Assembly: GCA_040374745.1 (NCBI GenBank)
Contig: JBEITT010000014.1
Location: 4,680 to 68,679, forward strand
Length of the DNA stretch: 64,000 nucleotides
Source: Planctomycetaceae bacterium
Lineage (GTDB): Bacteria; Planctomycetota; Planctomycetia; Isosphaerales; Isosphaeraceae
Reading direction: 5' to 3'
Below, piece by piece: positions 18,693 to 28,116 of this stretch; position 1 is the stretch's first letter; each line of letters begins with the position of its first letter. A model generated the notes under the pieces. The model did not search any database. It was not told where the DNA came from and worked only from the letters and a program-made list of their open reading frames with translations. The position numbers and the translations under genes are program-made.

Positions 18693-19997
18693 TCAAAGCA
18701 GCATGCTGGAAGGCTCTTCCAGGAAGTTTTTCAGGGTCCTGAGGAAGTCGGCAGCAGCAGCACCGTCAACTGCGCGATGGTCTGCTGTCAGGGTGACACT
18801 CATCATGGTACCCACGGTGATCTGGTCATTCACCACGATCGGCCGTTTTTCGGCAGCAGCAACGGCCAGAATGGCTACCTGTGGCAGGGCTAAAACGGCG
18901 TCGAACTGCTTCACGCCGTACATGCCAAGGTTGGAAATGGTGAAAGTTCCGCCCGACATCTGATCGCCCGTGAGCCGACCGGCACGTGCGGCTTCATAGA
19001 GTTTTTCACTCTCGATGCGAATATCACGCAGACCATAGGCATCAGCATTTCGCAAAACCGGCACGATCAGGCCGCCGTCCAAAGCGACAGCGATACCGAC
19101 ATTTACTGCCGCATGCCGCACAATGGCCGCCTGGGCCAGGTTCGCATTATCGCCCTGGAATGTGGCATTCACGGCCGGGTGCCGACGCAGGCTCATCGCC
19201 ACGGCCTTTGTTACGAAATCGCCGACGGAGAGCTTAATACCTTCGGACGATAGTGTTTTGTTGAGCCGTTCACGCACGCGGGAAATTTCATCCATACGGA
19301 TGTCAACCGTCACATGAATTTCAGGGGCCTGCGTCTTGGCGGCGATCATGCCACGGGCAATGGCCTGACGCATGCGATCCAGCGGAATACGCTCATCTTC
19401 GCCCAGCGGAACGAATAGCTTCGGAGCTGGCTTGGCCGCAGCAGGTTTGGCGGAAGGAGCGGTAGAAGGTGCCGATTTCGGGCCGCTGGCAAGATAGGAT
19501 TCAACATCTGCACGCACAATACGGCCCGATGGACCAGTGCCAGGAATGGATGCGATGTCGACACCGGCAGATTCAGCCACCCTGCGAGCCAGAGGGGATG
19601 ATTTCACCCGGCCTGAGGCTGGAGCGGCGGCCACAACCGCGGCGGCAGTCGCCACGGCACCTGTAACAGCAGCGGCCGGTGCAGGAGTGCCATTGGTGGC
19701 AGCGGCGACGGGGGCACTGCCCGAGCCGAGGGAATCAGCCACCTGCTTGGGGTCTTCGCCTTTCTTGGCAAGCACTAAGATGCGCGTGCCCAGGGGAATA
19801 TCCACACCTTCGGCAACGTCAATCCGGGCGACGGTGCCTTCGTCAAACGATTCCACCGGCATCACGGCCTTGTCGGTCTGCACTTCGGCGATGGTGTCGC
19901 CTTCCTTGACCTTGTCGCCGACCTTGACCAGCCATTTGACAATCGAGCCGCTTTCCATCGTGGGGCTGACTTTGGCCAGTTTCACTTCTATAGGCAC
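18693..19997 (-). CDS. pdhC: dihydrolipoamide acetyltransferase (E2) of pyruvate dehydrogenase complex
   Basis: Single lipoyl domain with EVQTDKAV, an Ala/Pro linker, an E3-binding segment SPLARRVA, and catalytic DHRAVDG. Confidence 0.92.
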   Translation of the reverse strand: MPIEVKLAKVSPTMESGSIVKWLVKVGDKVKEGDTIAEVQTDKAVMPVESFDEGTVARIDVAEGVDIPLGTRILVLAKKGEDPKQVADSLGSGSAPVAAATNGTPAPAAAVTGAVATAAAVVAAAPASGRVKSSPLARRVAESAGVDIASIPGTGPSGRIVRADVESYLASGPKSAPSTAPSAKPAAAKPAPKLFVPLGEDERIPLDRMRQAIARGMIAAKTQAPEIHVTVDIRMDEISRVRERLNKTLSSEGIKLSVGDFVTKAVAMSLRRHPAVNATFQGDNANLAQAAIVRHAAVNVGIAVALDGGLIVPVLRNADAYGLRDIRIESEKLYEAARAGRLTGDQMSGGTFTISNLGMYGVKQFDAVLALPQVAILAVAAAEKRPIVVNDQITVGTMMSVTLTADHRAVDGAAAADFLRTLKNFLEEPSSMLL

Positions 19998-20063
19998 TTT
20001 GGCATCTCCCGGGGAATGACTTTGATTAATTCAGGTGAATCCACATTGCCAGTGAATTCAAAT

Positions 20064-20093
20064 CCCCGCCATGATTCAATCAGATTGGCGGGG
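20064..20093 (-). other. intercistronic stem-loop between pdhB and pdhC
   Basis: ccccgcca (20064-20071) pairs with tggcgggg (20086-20093), an 8-bp GC-rich stem in the 151-nt gap inside the PDH operon. Confidence 0.4.
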
Positions 20094-20148
20094 AAAATAA
20101 TTTTCGGCGGTGTCAGGAAAATGACAGGTCCGCCGGAGTCTATGAATT

Positions 20149-21132
20149 TCAGGCCTTGCGGTAAAGCACGTCGTTGATCTTCTCAACAATCCGGTCAACC
20201 GTCGGCAGCATTGAGGCTTCCAGCTTACGGTTGTAAGGGATCGGGGCATCCTTGGCGGTGACTCGCCGGATAGGGGCGTCAAGCTCGTCAAAAATCTTCT
20301 GGTAGATCCGATCAGCCACGCCAGCCCCAATGCCGCAATAGGGCCAGTTTTCCTCAATAATCACGCAGCGGTGTGTCTTAAGGATGGATGTCAGGATGGT
20401 ATCCATATCCAGAGGTCGCAGGGTGCGAAGGTCGATGACCTCAGCCGAGACGCCTTCACCGGCCAGCTTTTCAGCGGCGGCAAGCGTATTTATGATACTG
20501 CGGCTGTAAGTCAACAGAGTCACGTCGGTGCCTTCACGCACGACATTCGCCTTGCCGATCGGCACGGTGTAATCGCCTTCTGGCACTTCGCCTTTTTCGC
20601 CGTAGAGATTTTCATGTTCAATGAAGATCACCGGGTCGTCGGAACGGATAGCCGATTTGAGCAGGCCCTTGGCATCGGCGGGCGTGGCCGGCATGACAAC
20701 CGTCAGGCCCGGGAAATGCGAATAGATGGCTTCCAGCCGGTGCGAGTGCGTGGCCGCCAGACAGCCGGCCATGCCGGATGAGCCGCGAAAGACGATGGGC
20801 ACGGTGAACTGGCCGCCCGACATATATCGCATGTTGGCGGCATTGTTCAGAATCTGGTCGATCGCCACCAGGCTGAAGCTGAAGGTCATGAATTCAATGA
20901 TCGGGCGCAGGCCGACCATGGCCGAGCCGATGCCGATACCAGCGAAGCCTTCTTCGCTGATGGGCGTGTCGATCACGCGGCGTGAGCCAAATTTTTCCCA
21001 GAGGCCCTGGCTGACTTTGTAAGCCCCATTGTATTCAGCTACTTCCTCACCCATGAGATAGACGCTGTCATCGCGTTCCATCTCTTCGGCCATCGCCTGG
21101 TTGAGTGCGTCACGATAGGCAAGGGTGGGCAT
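20149..21132 (-). CDS. pdhB: pyruvate dehydrogenase E1 beta subunit
   Basis: MPTLAYRDALNQAMAEEM...MGEEVAEYNGAYKVSQGL. ATG at 21132 lies 1 nt after the pdhA stop (21134-21136). The track ORF start 21219 overlaps pdhA. Confidence 0.93.
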   Translation of the reverse strand: MPTLAYRDALNQAMAEEMERDDSVYLMGEEVAEYNGAYKVSQGLWEKFGSRRVIDTPISEEGFAGIGIGSAMVGLRPIIEFMTFSFSLVAIDQILNNAANMRYMSGGQFTVPIVFRGSSGMAGCLAATHSHRLEAIYSHFPGLTVVMPATPADAKGLLKSAIRSDDPVIFIEHENLYGEKGEVPEGDYTVPIGKANVVREGTDVTLLTYSRSIINTLAAAEKLAGEGVSAEVIDLRTLRPLDMDTILTSILKTHRCVIIEENWPYCGIGAGVADRIYQKIFDELDAPIRRVTAKDAPIPYNRKLEASMLPTVDRIVEKINDVLYRKA

Positions 21133-21133
21133 T

Positions 21134-22150
21134 TCAGTCTGACTCCTGTGGGATATAAGGCGCCACCGTAATATCGGTGTAAAGATCTTCCGGGCCGGGC
21201 TCGGGGCTGTTTTCAGCAAATTCGATAGCCGCTTCCACTTCGGTCTTCACTTCTTCGCGCATCTGTTCGAGTGATGATTCATCAATCCAGCCACGCTGAA
21301 GCAGTCGATTTTCCCAGAGGGTGATCGGGTCACGCTGCTTGGCCTTGTCCAGATCATCCTTGGTACGATACTTCTGCGGATCAGACATCGAGTGACCACG
21401 GAAGCGATAAGTAATGGCTTCAATAAAGGTCGGGCCTTCGCCGGCACGGGCACGATCTATGGCCATCTGTGTGAGTTCAGCCACTTTTTCAACATCGTTG
21501 GCATCAACACGATAGCCTGGCATATTGAAGGGTTCGCCACCGCGGACGGTGAGGTCGAGTACGGCACTTGAGCGTTCAAGTTGCGTGCCCATGGCGATCA
21601 GATTATTTTCAACATAGTAAATGGCCGGCAGTTTCCACATACCTGCCATGTTTAACGCTTCGTGAAAACTGCCCTGATTTATGGCGCCATCACCGAAATA
21701 GCACAGGCAGACCTGATCAGTACCACGATATTTTGAGGCAAAAGCCACACCGGTGGCCAGCGGAATGTGGCTGCCAACGATCGCATGGCCACCCAGAAAG
21801 CCTTTTTCCTTCTCGAAATAGTGCATCGAGCCGCCCTTGCCACCCGAGCAACCGGTGGATTTGCCCAGGAGTTCAGCCATGGCCGGCTTGGGATCCATGC
21901 CGCGAGCCAGTGCGTGGCCATGGTCGCGATAGGCGGTGATGAGATAATCGTCATCGCGAAGCATGCCAATCGATCCGACAGCACAGGCTTCCTGACCATT
22001 GTAAAGGTGGCAGAAGCCGCCAATTTTCTGATTCTGATAGAGATAAGCGGCTCGCTCCTCGAATCGCCGAATCAAATGCATCTGCCGCAACCACTTGAGG
22101 GCTTTGGATCGATCAACGATCGATTTCGGAGCGGTTTGTACCTGGGACAT
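21134..22150 (-). CDS. pdhA: pyruvate dehydrogenase E1 alpha subunit
   Basis: TPP-binding region YFGDGAINQGSFHEALNMA and C-terminal RFRGHSMSDP. Confidence 0.93.
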   Translation of the reverse strand: MSQVQTAPKSIVDRSKALKWLRQMHLIRRFEERAAYLYQNQKIGGFCHLYNGQEACAVGSIGMLRDDDYLITAYRDHGHALARGMDPKPAMAELLGKSTGCSGGKGGSMHYFEKEKGFLGGHAIVGSHIPLATGVAFASKYRGTDQVCLCYFGDGAINQGSFHEALNMAGMWKLPAIYYVENNLIAMGTQLERSSAVLDLTVRGGEPFNMPGYRVDANDVEKVAELTQMAIDRARAGEGPTFIEAITYRFRGHSMSDPQKYRTKDDLDKAKQRDPITLWENRLLQRGWIDESSLEQMREEVKTEVEAAIEFAENSPEPGPEDLYTDITVAPYIPQESD

Positions 22151-22384
22151 GACCTGTCGTCACTCCTCGTCCTCGCGTCTCAATCGTGCGGCCGGACGCT
22201 TAGTCCGCACGCCGGGGCTTTTGCTTTGCCTGCCAATACAATCTGATTCACTACGGCCTGAAAGATATGAAAAGTTTTCGTATCTTTCCTGATTTAAGGC
22301 ATCCCTTCATCAACCGCGTGAATCTTGGCTGAATGAAAGGATTGTGCCAAATTTACATGCATTCGTCCAGATCGGTCGAAAACT

Positions 22385-25066
22385 TCAGGATTGTCTGAGA
22401 AGTTGTCTCAGCACAAACGGCAAAATCCCACCGTTCTGATAATATCGGATTTCCTGCGGTGTATCGATTCGTACTTTTGCATAAAAATCCTGTTCAATAC
22501 CATCTGCCCGACTCACGCGTATCTTCAACAACCGCCCGTTGCTGAAATTGGAGTCGAGCATGTGGGGTAGCCCGACCGTTTCGAAGATTTCTTCACCCGT
22601 CAGTCCGAGCAGGGTTGCATTCTGACCCTCAACAAACTGTAAGGGTAGGATACCCATTCCAACCAGATTTGACCGGTGAATTCGTTCATAGCTCTCGGCA
22701 ATCACCAGACGAATACCGAGTAGAGCCGGACCCTTGGCAGCCCAGTCGCGACTGGATCCCGAGCCATATTCCTTTCCGGCCAGCACCACCAGAGGTGTAC
22801 CACGCTTCTTGTAGGCTTCGGAAGCGTCGAAAATCGACATCACTTCGCCTTCGGGCAGAAGACGGGTAACACCACCTTCAGTTCCAGGAGCTAAATGGTT
22901 ACGCAGTCGAATGTTGGCGAATGTGCCACGCACCATCACCTCGTGATTGCCACGCCGGGCACCATAGCTATTAAAATCCTGTGGTGCAACTCCATTAGCC
23001 ACAAGGTATTTGCCAGCAGGGCCGCTGGCCTTGATATTGCCAGCTGGCGAGATATGGTCGGTGGTGATGGAATCGCCCAGCACGGCCAGTACACGGGCAC
23101 CGGCAATGTCGCCTATGGGTGCGGGCTCCATGCCCATTTTCTCAAAATATGGCGGGTGCTTGACATAAGTGCTGTCGCCCTGCCAGGCGAAGCGGTCGCC
23201 GGTGGGCACGGCCAGGCTTTGCCAGTGCTTGTCGCCCGCGAAAACTTCGCCGTATTCTTTCTGGAACATCTTGGTCTGAACAGACTTGGCCACCGTCTCG
23301 GCAATCTCGGCCTGGGTCGGCCAGATGTCTTTGAGATAGACAGGATTGCCATCATTTCCAGTGCCGATGGGTTGGCTTGTCAGGTCAATATCAACCGTAC
23401 CAGCCAGAGCATAAGCCACTACCAGAGGAGGGCTTGCGAGGTAATTGGCACGGACATCGGCATGTACGCGTCCTTCAAAATTGCGGTTGCCTGAAAGCAC
23501 AGCCGCCACGACCAGGTCATCCGTCTGGATGGTCTTGGATATTTCATCGGCGAGTGGGCCGGAGTTACCGATGCAGGTGGTGCAACCATAGCCGACAACC
23601 TGGAAGCCAAGTTCATCGAGTGCAGCCTGAACCCCTGCTTCAGCCAGGTATTCTGTTACCACTTTCGACCCTGGGGCCAGGCTGGTCTTGACCCAGGGCT
23701 TACTCTTAAGTCCTTTGGCTACAGCTTTTTTAGCGACCAGACCGGCAGCCAGCATGACAGACGGGTTCGATGTATTGGTGCAGCTTGTGATGGCCGCAAT
23801 GACCACATCGCCCGCTTTCACGTTGGTCGCGCCAGATGTGGTTGAGGGGGCGGGCTTTACTTTGCGATAGTCGGCCAGAGCGGTTTGATAACTTGTCTGC
23901 ACATCGCCCAGGACTACGCGATCCTGCGGACGCTTGGGGCCAGCCAGGCTTGGCACGACAGTGGCCAGGTCTAGTTCCAGCGTATCGGTGTAAGTGGCTG
24001 CTGGGGTGTCACTTGTGTGGAACAGGCCCTGCTCGCGGGCATAGGCTTCAGCCAGCCGGATCTGGTTGGCCGGCCGGCCTGAAAGTTCCAGAAAGCGAAG
24101 GGTCTCGGCGTCAATCGGGAAGATGCCGCAGGTGGCGCCGTATTCGGGAGCCATGTTGGCGATGGTAGCACGGTCGGCCAGGGGAAGTTCGGCCAGACCT
24201 TCGCCGAAGAATTCGACGAATTTACCGACAACTCCTTTTTTACGAAGCATTTGCGTAATGGTGAGGACAAGATCAGTTGCGGTCACACCTTCACGCAGTT
24301 TACCATGAAGCCGGAAGCCAACGACCTGCGGCAGTAGCATGGCAACCGGTTGGCCGAGCATGGCGGCTTCAGCTTCGATCCCGCCGACGCCCCAGCCTAG
24401 CACGCCCAGGCCGTTGATCATGGTGGTGTGGCTGTCGGTGCCGACGAGCGTGTCAGGATAAGCCAGTGGGCCACCTTCGGCTTTATCATTTACAAAAACA
24501 ACGCGGGCAAGATATTCCAGATTGACCTGGTGCACGATACCGGTTTCGGGGGGAACGACGCGGAAGTTCTCAAGGGCGTTTTGGCCCCATCGCAGAAAGA
24601 CGTAGCGTTCCTTGTTTCGCTGATATTCCAGTTCGGTATTGGTGGCGAAGGCGATGCTTGAACCGGCGGCGTCAACCTGCACTGAGTGGTCGATGACCAG
24701 TTCCACTGGCTGAAGCGGATTGATTTTGCCGGGGTCGCCGCCCATATTGGCCATGGCGTCGCGCATGGCGGCCAGGTCAACCACGGCGGGCACGCCGGTG
24801 AAGTCCTGCAAAAGCACGCGGGCAGGTGTGAAGCTGATTTCGTCGGTCGGTTCGGCGGTGGCGTCCCAGTTACCGACAGACTTGACGGTATCGGCGGTGA
24901 CAGAGATGCCATCTTCCGTGCGCAGAACATTTTCCAGCAAAATTTTTATGGAAAATGGCAAACGGTTCAGGTTAATGCCGTGGCGCTCGAGAGCCGACAG
25001 GCGAAAGATGCCGTAAGTCTTGCCATCAACAGAAAATGAACCATACGCGCCGAACGAATTCTTCAT
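22385..25066 (-). CDS. acnA: aconitate hydratase
   Basis: 893 aa. Fe-S ligand motifs ITSCTNTSNP and GCTTCIGNSG. Confidence 0.95.
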   Translation of the reverse strand: MKNSFGAYGSFSVDGKTYGIFRLSALERHGINLNRLPFSIKILLENVLRTEDGISVTADTVKSVGNWDATAEPTDEISFTPARVLLQDFTGVPAVVDLAAMRDAMANMGGDPGKINPLQPVELVIDHSVQVDAAGSSIAFATNTELEYQRNKERYVFLRWGQNALENFRVVPPETGIVHQVNLEYLARVVFVNDKAEGGPLAYPDTLVGTDSHTTMINGLGVLGWGVGGIEAEAAMLGQPVAMLLPQVVGFRLHGKLREGVTATDLVLTITQMLRKKGVVGKFVEFFGEGLAELPLADRATIANMAPEYGATCGIFPIDAETLRFLELSGRPANQIRLAEAYAREQGLFHTSDTPAATYTDTLELDLATVVPSLAGPKRPQDRVVLGDVQTSYQTALADYRKVKPAPSTTSGATNVKAGDVVIAAITSCTNTSNPSVMLAAGLVAKKAVAKGLKSKPWVKTSLAPGSKVVTEYLAEAGVQAALDELGFQVVGYGCTTCIGNSGPLADEISKTIQTDDLVVAAVLSGNRNFEGRVHADVRANYLASPPLVVAYALAGTVDIDLTSQPIGTGNDGNPVYLKDIWPTQAEIAETVAKSVQTKMFQKEYGEVFAGDKHWQSLAVPTGDRFAWQGDSTYVKHPPYFEKMGMEPAPIGDIAGARVLAVLGDSITTDHISPAGNIKASGPAGKYLVANGVAPQDFNSYGARRGNHEVMVRGTFANIRLRNHLAPGTEGGVTRLLPEGEVMSIFDASEAYKKRGTPLVVLAGKEYGSGSSRDWAAKGPALLGIRLVIAESYERIHRSNLVGMGILPLQFVEGQNATLLGLTGEEIFETVGLPHMLDSNFSNGRLLKIRVSRADGIEQDFYAKVRIDTPQEIRYYQNGGILPFVLRQLLRQS

Positions 25067-25249
25067 GGGTTTAGAAACCTGATCACCAATGAGATACTGG
25101 TCGAATGCAAACGGATTACGGGCTTTGCATTTATCACATAGCTATATGTTGCGGAAAATGTTGATCAATCGCAATAGGAAAATTTCGGTGCGATCGCTTG
25201 TAAGGAGCTGAGTTGAAAATAACTGTCAAACAAAATCACCAGAATGAAA

Positions 25250-25274
25250 TGCCGGGTTGAGATACGGCCCGGCA
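25250..25274 (-). terminator. possible terminator after the radical SAM gene
   Basis: tgccggg / cccggca 7-bp stem with an 11-nt loop, followed on the minus strand by a T-rich tract (atttcattctggtgatttt). Confidence 0.35.
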
Positions 25275-25316
25275 GGATCCTTCCACGACTTTTAACTCTA
25301 ACTTATCATCATCGAT

Positions 25317-26270
25317 TCAGGCCCAGAGCCGTGTACCGGGGCCGGGTGATTGCCAGTTATTACAGAGCGAGCAGATGGTGAGATCAGCACCGCGTTTCTG
25401 CATGTGCTTGCGGCGAGCTTCGGTCAGGGCCTCGCCAGTCCATATCTCATTAAGCGACTGGAAGTTGAAGTCGCCAACAATGTGTGATTCGTTCCAGTCT
25501 TCACAGCAAAGCACGGCCTTGCCGTCAGCCCAGATATTGAGGTCCCGGAAGGGCAGTACACACTGACTTGCCTTCATGCGGCCCGGCTTTTCGCCGGTTT
25601 CGGAATAGGTGACGCTGGCCAGGCGGCTGGAAAAACCACCCATACCAACATAGTCAGCCACGCCTGCCCATCGCTCAAAGAAGAGATCCTGCTCGGCGAT
25701 TGTCTGGGGCATGGCAATCATACCCACACGGATTTTGGGAAAAGTTAAGCCCATGGCATTGCGAATGTTAATTAGTTGTCTAACATTGGCCTCGACCTGA
25801 TCAAATTTCAGATTCACGCGGATTGATTCGGCTGTTTGGGCGGTCGCTCCGTCGATGGTCACATTAACCGTGTGAACCTTGTGCTTGATAAAGAGATAGG
25901 CTTTTTCCTGATCAAGCCGGTGGCCGTTTGTATTGACGATCAGCTTGAATGGGTGACTGCGGGAGCTGATAAATTCGAAATAATTCGTCAGGGTGTCAAC
26001 TGGCAGAGTGCAGATTTCACCGTAGCCATTGGGGCAGAGGAACGGCACACCCGCCTGGGCACACTCGTCGACGATCTTTTGAAAGAGAGGAAAAGGCATG
26101 ACGCGCTTGGGGCGATGCATCTCAAGTCTGGGGCAATGGATACAGCGTGCATCGCAGGCTGCAGTGATCTCGAAATTGAGAACTTGAGGGCGGCGAGGCC
26201 AGTGCCGCGATTCCAGAAAATCCTTGGTAGCTTGACGCATCGTAGAAGGGATCGTAAGCGAAATTGCCAT
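25317..26270 (-). CDS. radical SAM protein with C-terminal SPASM/twitch-like Cys cluster
   Basis: CxxxCxxC motif CDARCIHC near the N-terminus. C-terminal cysteines in CVLPF...VLCCEDW...CSLCNNW. Confidence 0.8.
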   Translation of the reverse strand: MAISLTIPSTMRQATKDFLESRHWPRRPQVLNFEITAACDARCIHCPRLEMHRPKRVMPFPLFQKIVDECAQAGVPFLCPNGYGEICTLPVDTLTNYFEFISSRSHPFKLIVNTNGHRLDQEKAYLFIKHKVHTVNVTIDGATAQTAESIRVNLKFDQVEANVRQLINIRNAMGLTFPKIRVGMIAMPQTIAEQDLFFERWAGVADYVGMGGFSSRLASVTYSETGEKPGRMKASQCVLPFRDLNIWADGKAVLCCEDWNESHIVGDFNFQSLNEIWTGEALTEARRKHMQKRGADLTICSLCNNWQSPGPGTRLWA

Positions 26271-26589
26271 GAGTTGTCATCCCGACTGGCCGGAAATGTT
26301 GAGAGGAGTGTTGCGAAATGTCACCAAAAATTGCCTGACATGACTTAGTTCAGAATTGGGCCTTGTGGTAAAAAAAACTTGATTCGGACGGTTTTCGAAG
26401 GGTGTATGATCAATCTCAATCGGCTGATTTTCGAACGGTATATGGAGCTGGTAATAATTGCCAAAAAATATTCGGGCGTGGGCTGGACGGATGGAAGATT
26501 CATGCGGGATGAATTAGACTCGCTGCAGAATCTCCTGGGCAGGATGCGAAATCTTCAGCCGGCTGGGCCAAGTGTGGAAGGGGTAAGAA

Positions 26590-27597
26590 GTGTCGGTTCG
26601 AATTGCCACGATGGACGACGTTTACCGGGCCCGCGAGGTACTTCAAGGGCACATTTCGCCAGCGCCGATGGTGCGGTCGTATGCCTTGGAGAAACGCCTT
26701 GGACTTACCAGCGAAAGACGAGTCTGGATCAAGGATTATGGCTGGACCCCCGTTGGTTCATACAAGCTGATGGGTGCTTTGAACTGGACGCACAACCATG
26801 CATCCGGGATTGGCGAACGGCCGATTGCCGCGCATTCATCAGGCAATTTTGCATCAGGGATCTCATTTGCCGGCAGTCGTTACGGCAAGCGGGTAATCAT
26901 CGTGATGCCCGAATCGGCACCTCAGGTAAAATTCAACCTGACGCGATCGTTCGGAGCCGAAATCCGGACTTATGACATTGCGACTGACCACCTGACGGGC
27001 ATTCGTGACAAGCTGACGCGGCAGATTGCCGAGTCTGAAAATGCTGTGCAGGCATCGCCTTATGACGACCCAGACGTGATTGCCGGCAACGCTGTGGGTG
27101 GGCTTGAAATTGCTGAGGAACTTCAGCGTCAGGGTCGGCAATTATCGCATTTTTATTGTCAGGTAAGTGGTGGTGGGCTGATGGCCGGTCATGCCCTGGC
27201 ACTGGGCGAGTTGTGTCCAGAGGCGGAAATAATAGGAGTGGAGCCAGCCGGTGCCGACGATTTCAGGCAGTCGCTGGCTGAAGGCAGACGGGTGCGGCTG
27301 GAAAAGCCTCAGAGCATCTGCGACGGCCTGCTTTCATATGATGTGGGGGCACACAACTGGCCTTTGTTGCAGAGATATGTTTCCCGATCGGTTTCGGTCA
27401 GCGATGTTGATACGCAGCGGGCGATGCAGTGGATTTATCGCGTGCATGGACTGCGCACCGAGCCGTCGGGTGCTATAGCCTCGGCGGCAGCGATGGCCGA
27501 AGCAGGCACACTGAAAGGTGATGGAGATGTGGTGATTGTGCTGAGTGGGCGCAATGCCGATGAATCAGCCTTCCTGAAGTGGATTGGTGAGGTTTAA
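26590..27597 (+). CDS. PLP-dependent threonine/serine dehydratase-family enzyme (serine racemase / hydroxyaspartate ammonia-lyase-like)
   Basis: PLP-lysine context VGSYKLMGALN and glycine loop QVSGGGLMAG. GTG start 26590 is preceded by GGAAGGGG; alternative ATG at 26611. Confidence 0.8.
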   Translation: MSVRIATMDDVYRAREVLQGHISPAPMVRSYALEKRLGLTSERRVWIKDYGWTPVGSYKLMGALNWTHNHASGIGERPIAAHSSGNFASGISFAGSRYGKRVIIVMPESAPQVKFNLTRSFGAEIRTYDIATDHLTGIRDKLTRQIAESENAVQASPYDDPDVIAGNAVGGLEIAEELQRQGRQLSHFYCQVSGGGLMAGHALALGELCPEAEIIGVEPAGADDFRQSLAEGRRVRLEKPQSICDGLLSYDVGAHNWPLLQRYVSRSVSVSDVDTQRAMQWIYRVHGLRTEPSGAIASAAAMAEAGTLKGDGDVVIVLSGRNADESAFLKWIGEV

Positions 27598-27744
27598 GTT
27601 TGATCAGAAAACAACTTTCAGTCGATTGCCGATTTGATCAAACAGGTATCGGGTCTGTATGATTTTGTTGGAATGCCAGAATAACAATATGTGGTTGTTG
27701 AAACCGATATGAACTGATTTTCAACCCGAGAAGACCTGATTTCG

Positions 27745-28092
27745 ATGCTCAAGCTGGAAACTTTCCCGAATCAATTTCCCGACCGCGATTACGAAGTGGA
27801 ACACACATGCCCGGAGTTCACGGCCGTGTGCCCCAAGACGGGCCAGCCGGATTTCGCGACAATTGTTATCTGCTATGTTCCTGATCTGCATGTGCTTGAG
27901 CTGAAAAGCCTGAAATATTACCTTTTCAGCTTTCGTGACCGGGGCATTTTTTACGAACACTCGATTAACACCATCCTGAACGACCTTGTCGCCGCATGCA
28001 GCCCGCGAAAAATGGTGGTTACCGGCCACTTCAATGCCCGGGGCGGAATCACTTCCAAAATTACTGCCACGTTTTCAGCCGGCAACCGCTGA
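27745..28092 (+). CDS. queF: NADPH-dependent 7-cyano-7-deazaguanine reductase
   Basis: [19 protein letters not shown] plus the QueF motif [13 protein letters not shown]. 115 aa, type I size. Confidence 0.9.
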   Translation: MLKLETFPNQFPDRDYEVEHTCPEFTAVCPKTGQPDFATIVICYVPDLHVLELKSLKYYLFSFRDRGIFYEHSINTILNDLVAACSPRKMVVTGHFNARGGITSKITATFSAGNR

Positions 28093-28116
28093 TCATTAAA
28101 GTGCAGGGGGCCGTGC

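Noticed and set aside
20149-21219. N-terminal extensions of track ORFs (pdhB to 21219, lnt to 41028, DLH to 55466, hydrolase to 8899, glpK to 14408)
   Set aside because: In each case an internal ATG gives the canonical N-terminus or signal peptide and removes an overlap with the neighbouring gene.
26591-26605. tcggttcgaattgcc, resembling a tRNA T-arm (GGTTCGAAT)
   Set aside because: It lies at the start of the PLP-enzyme CDS. I could not fold the flanking sequence into acceptor, D, or anticodon arms.
26379-26975. 198-codon plus-strand ORF starting upstream of, and overlapping, the PLP-enzyme gene out of frame
   Set aside because: It would overlap the well-supported 26590-27597 gene by ~385 nt. 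Only its first ~70 codons lie in non-coding DNA, and they show no recognisable features.
27598-27744. Looked for a preQ1 riboswitch upstream of queF, and for a functional link among queF, bioA, and bioD
   Set aside because: I found only a 9-bp inverted repeat (gtttgatca ... tgatcaaac, ~27598-27643), probably a terminator of the upstream gene, and a short caacaa/ttgttg hairpin. There was no preQ1-like motif I could recognise. The gene adjacency is probably incidental.
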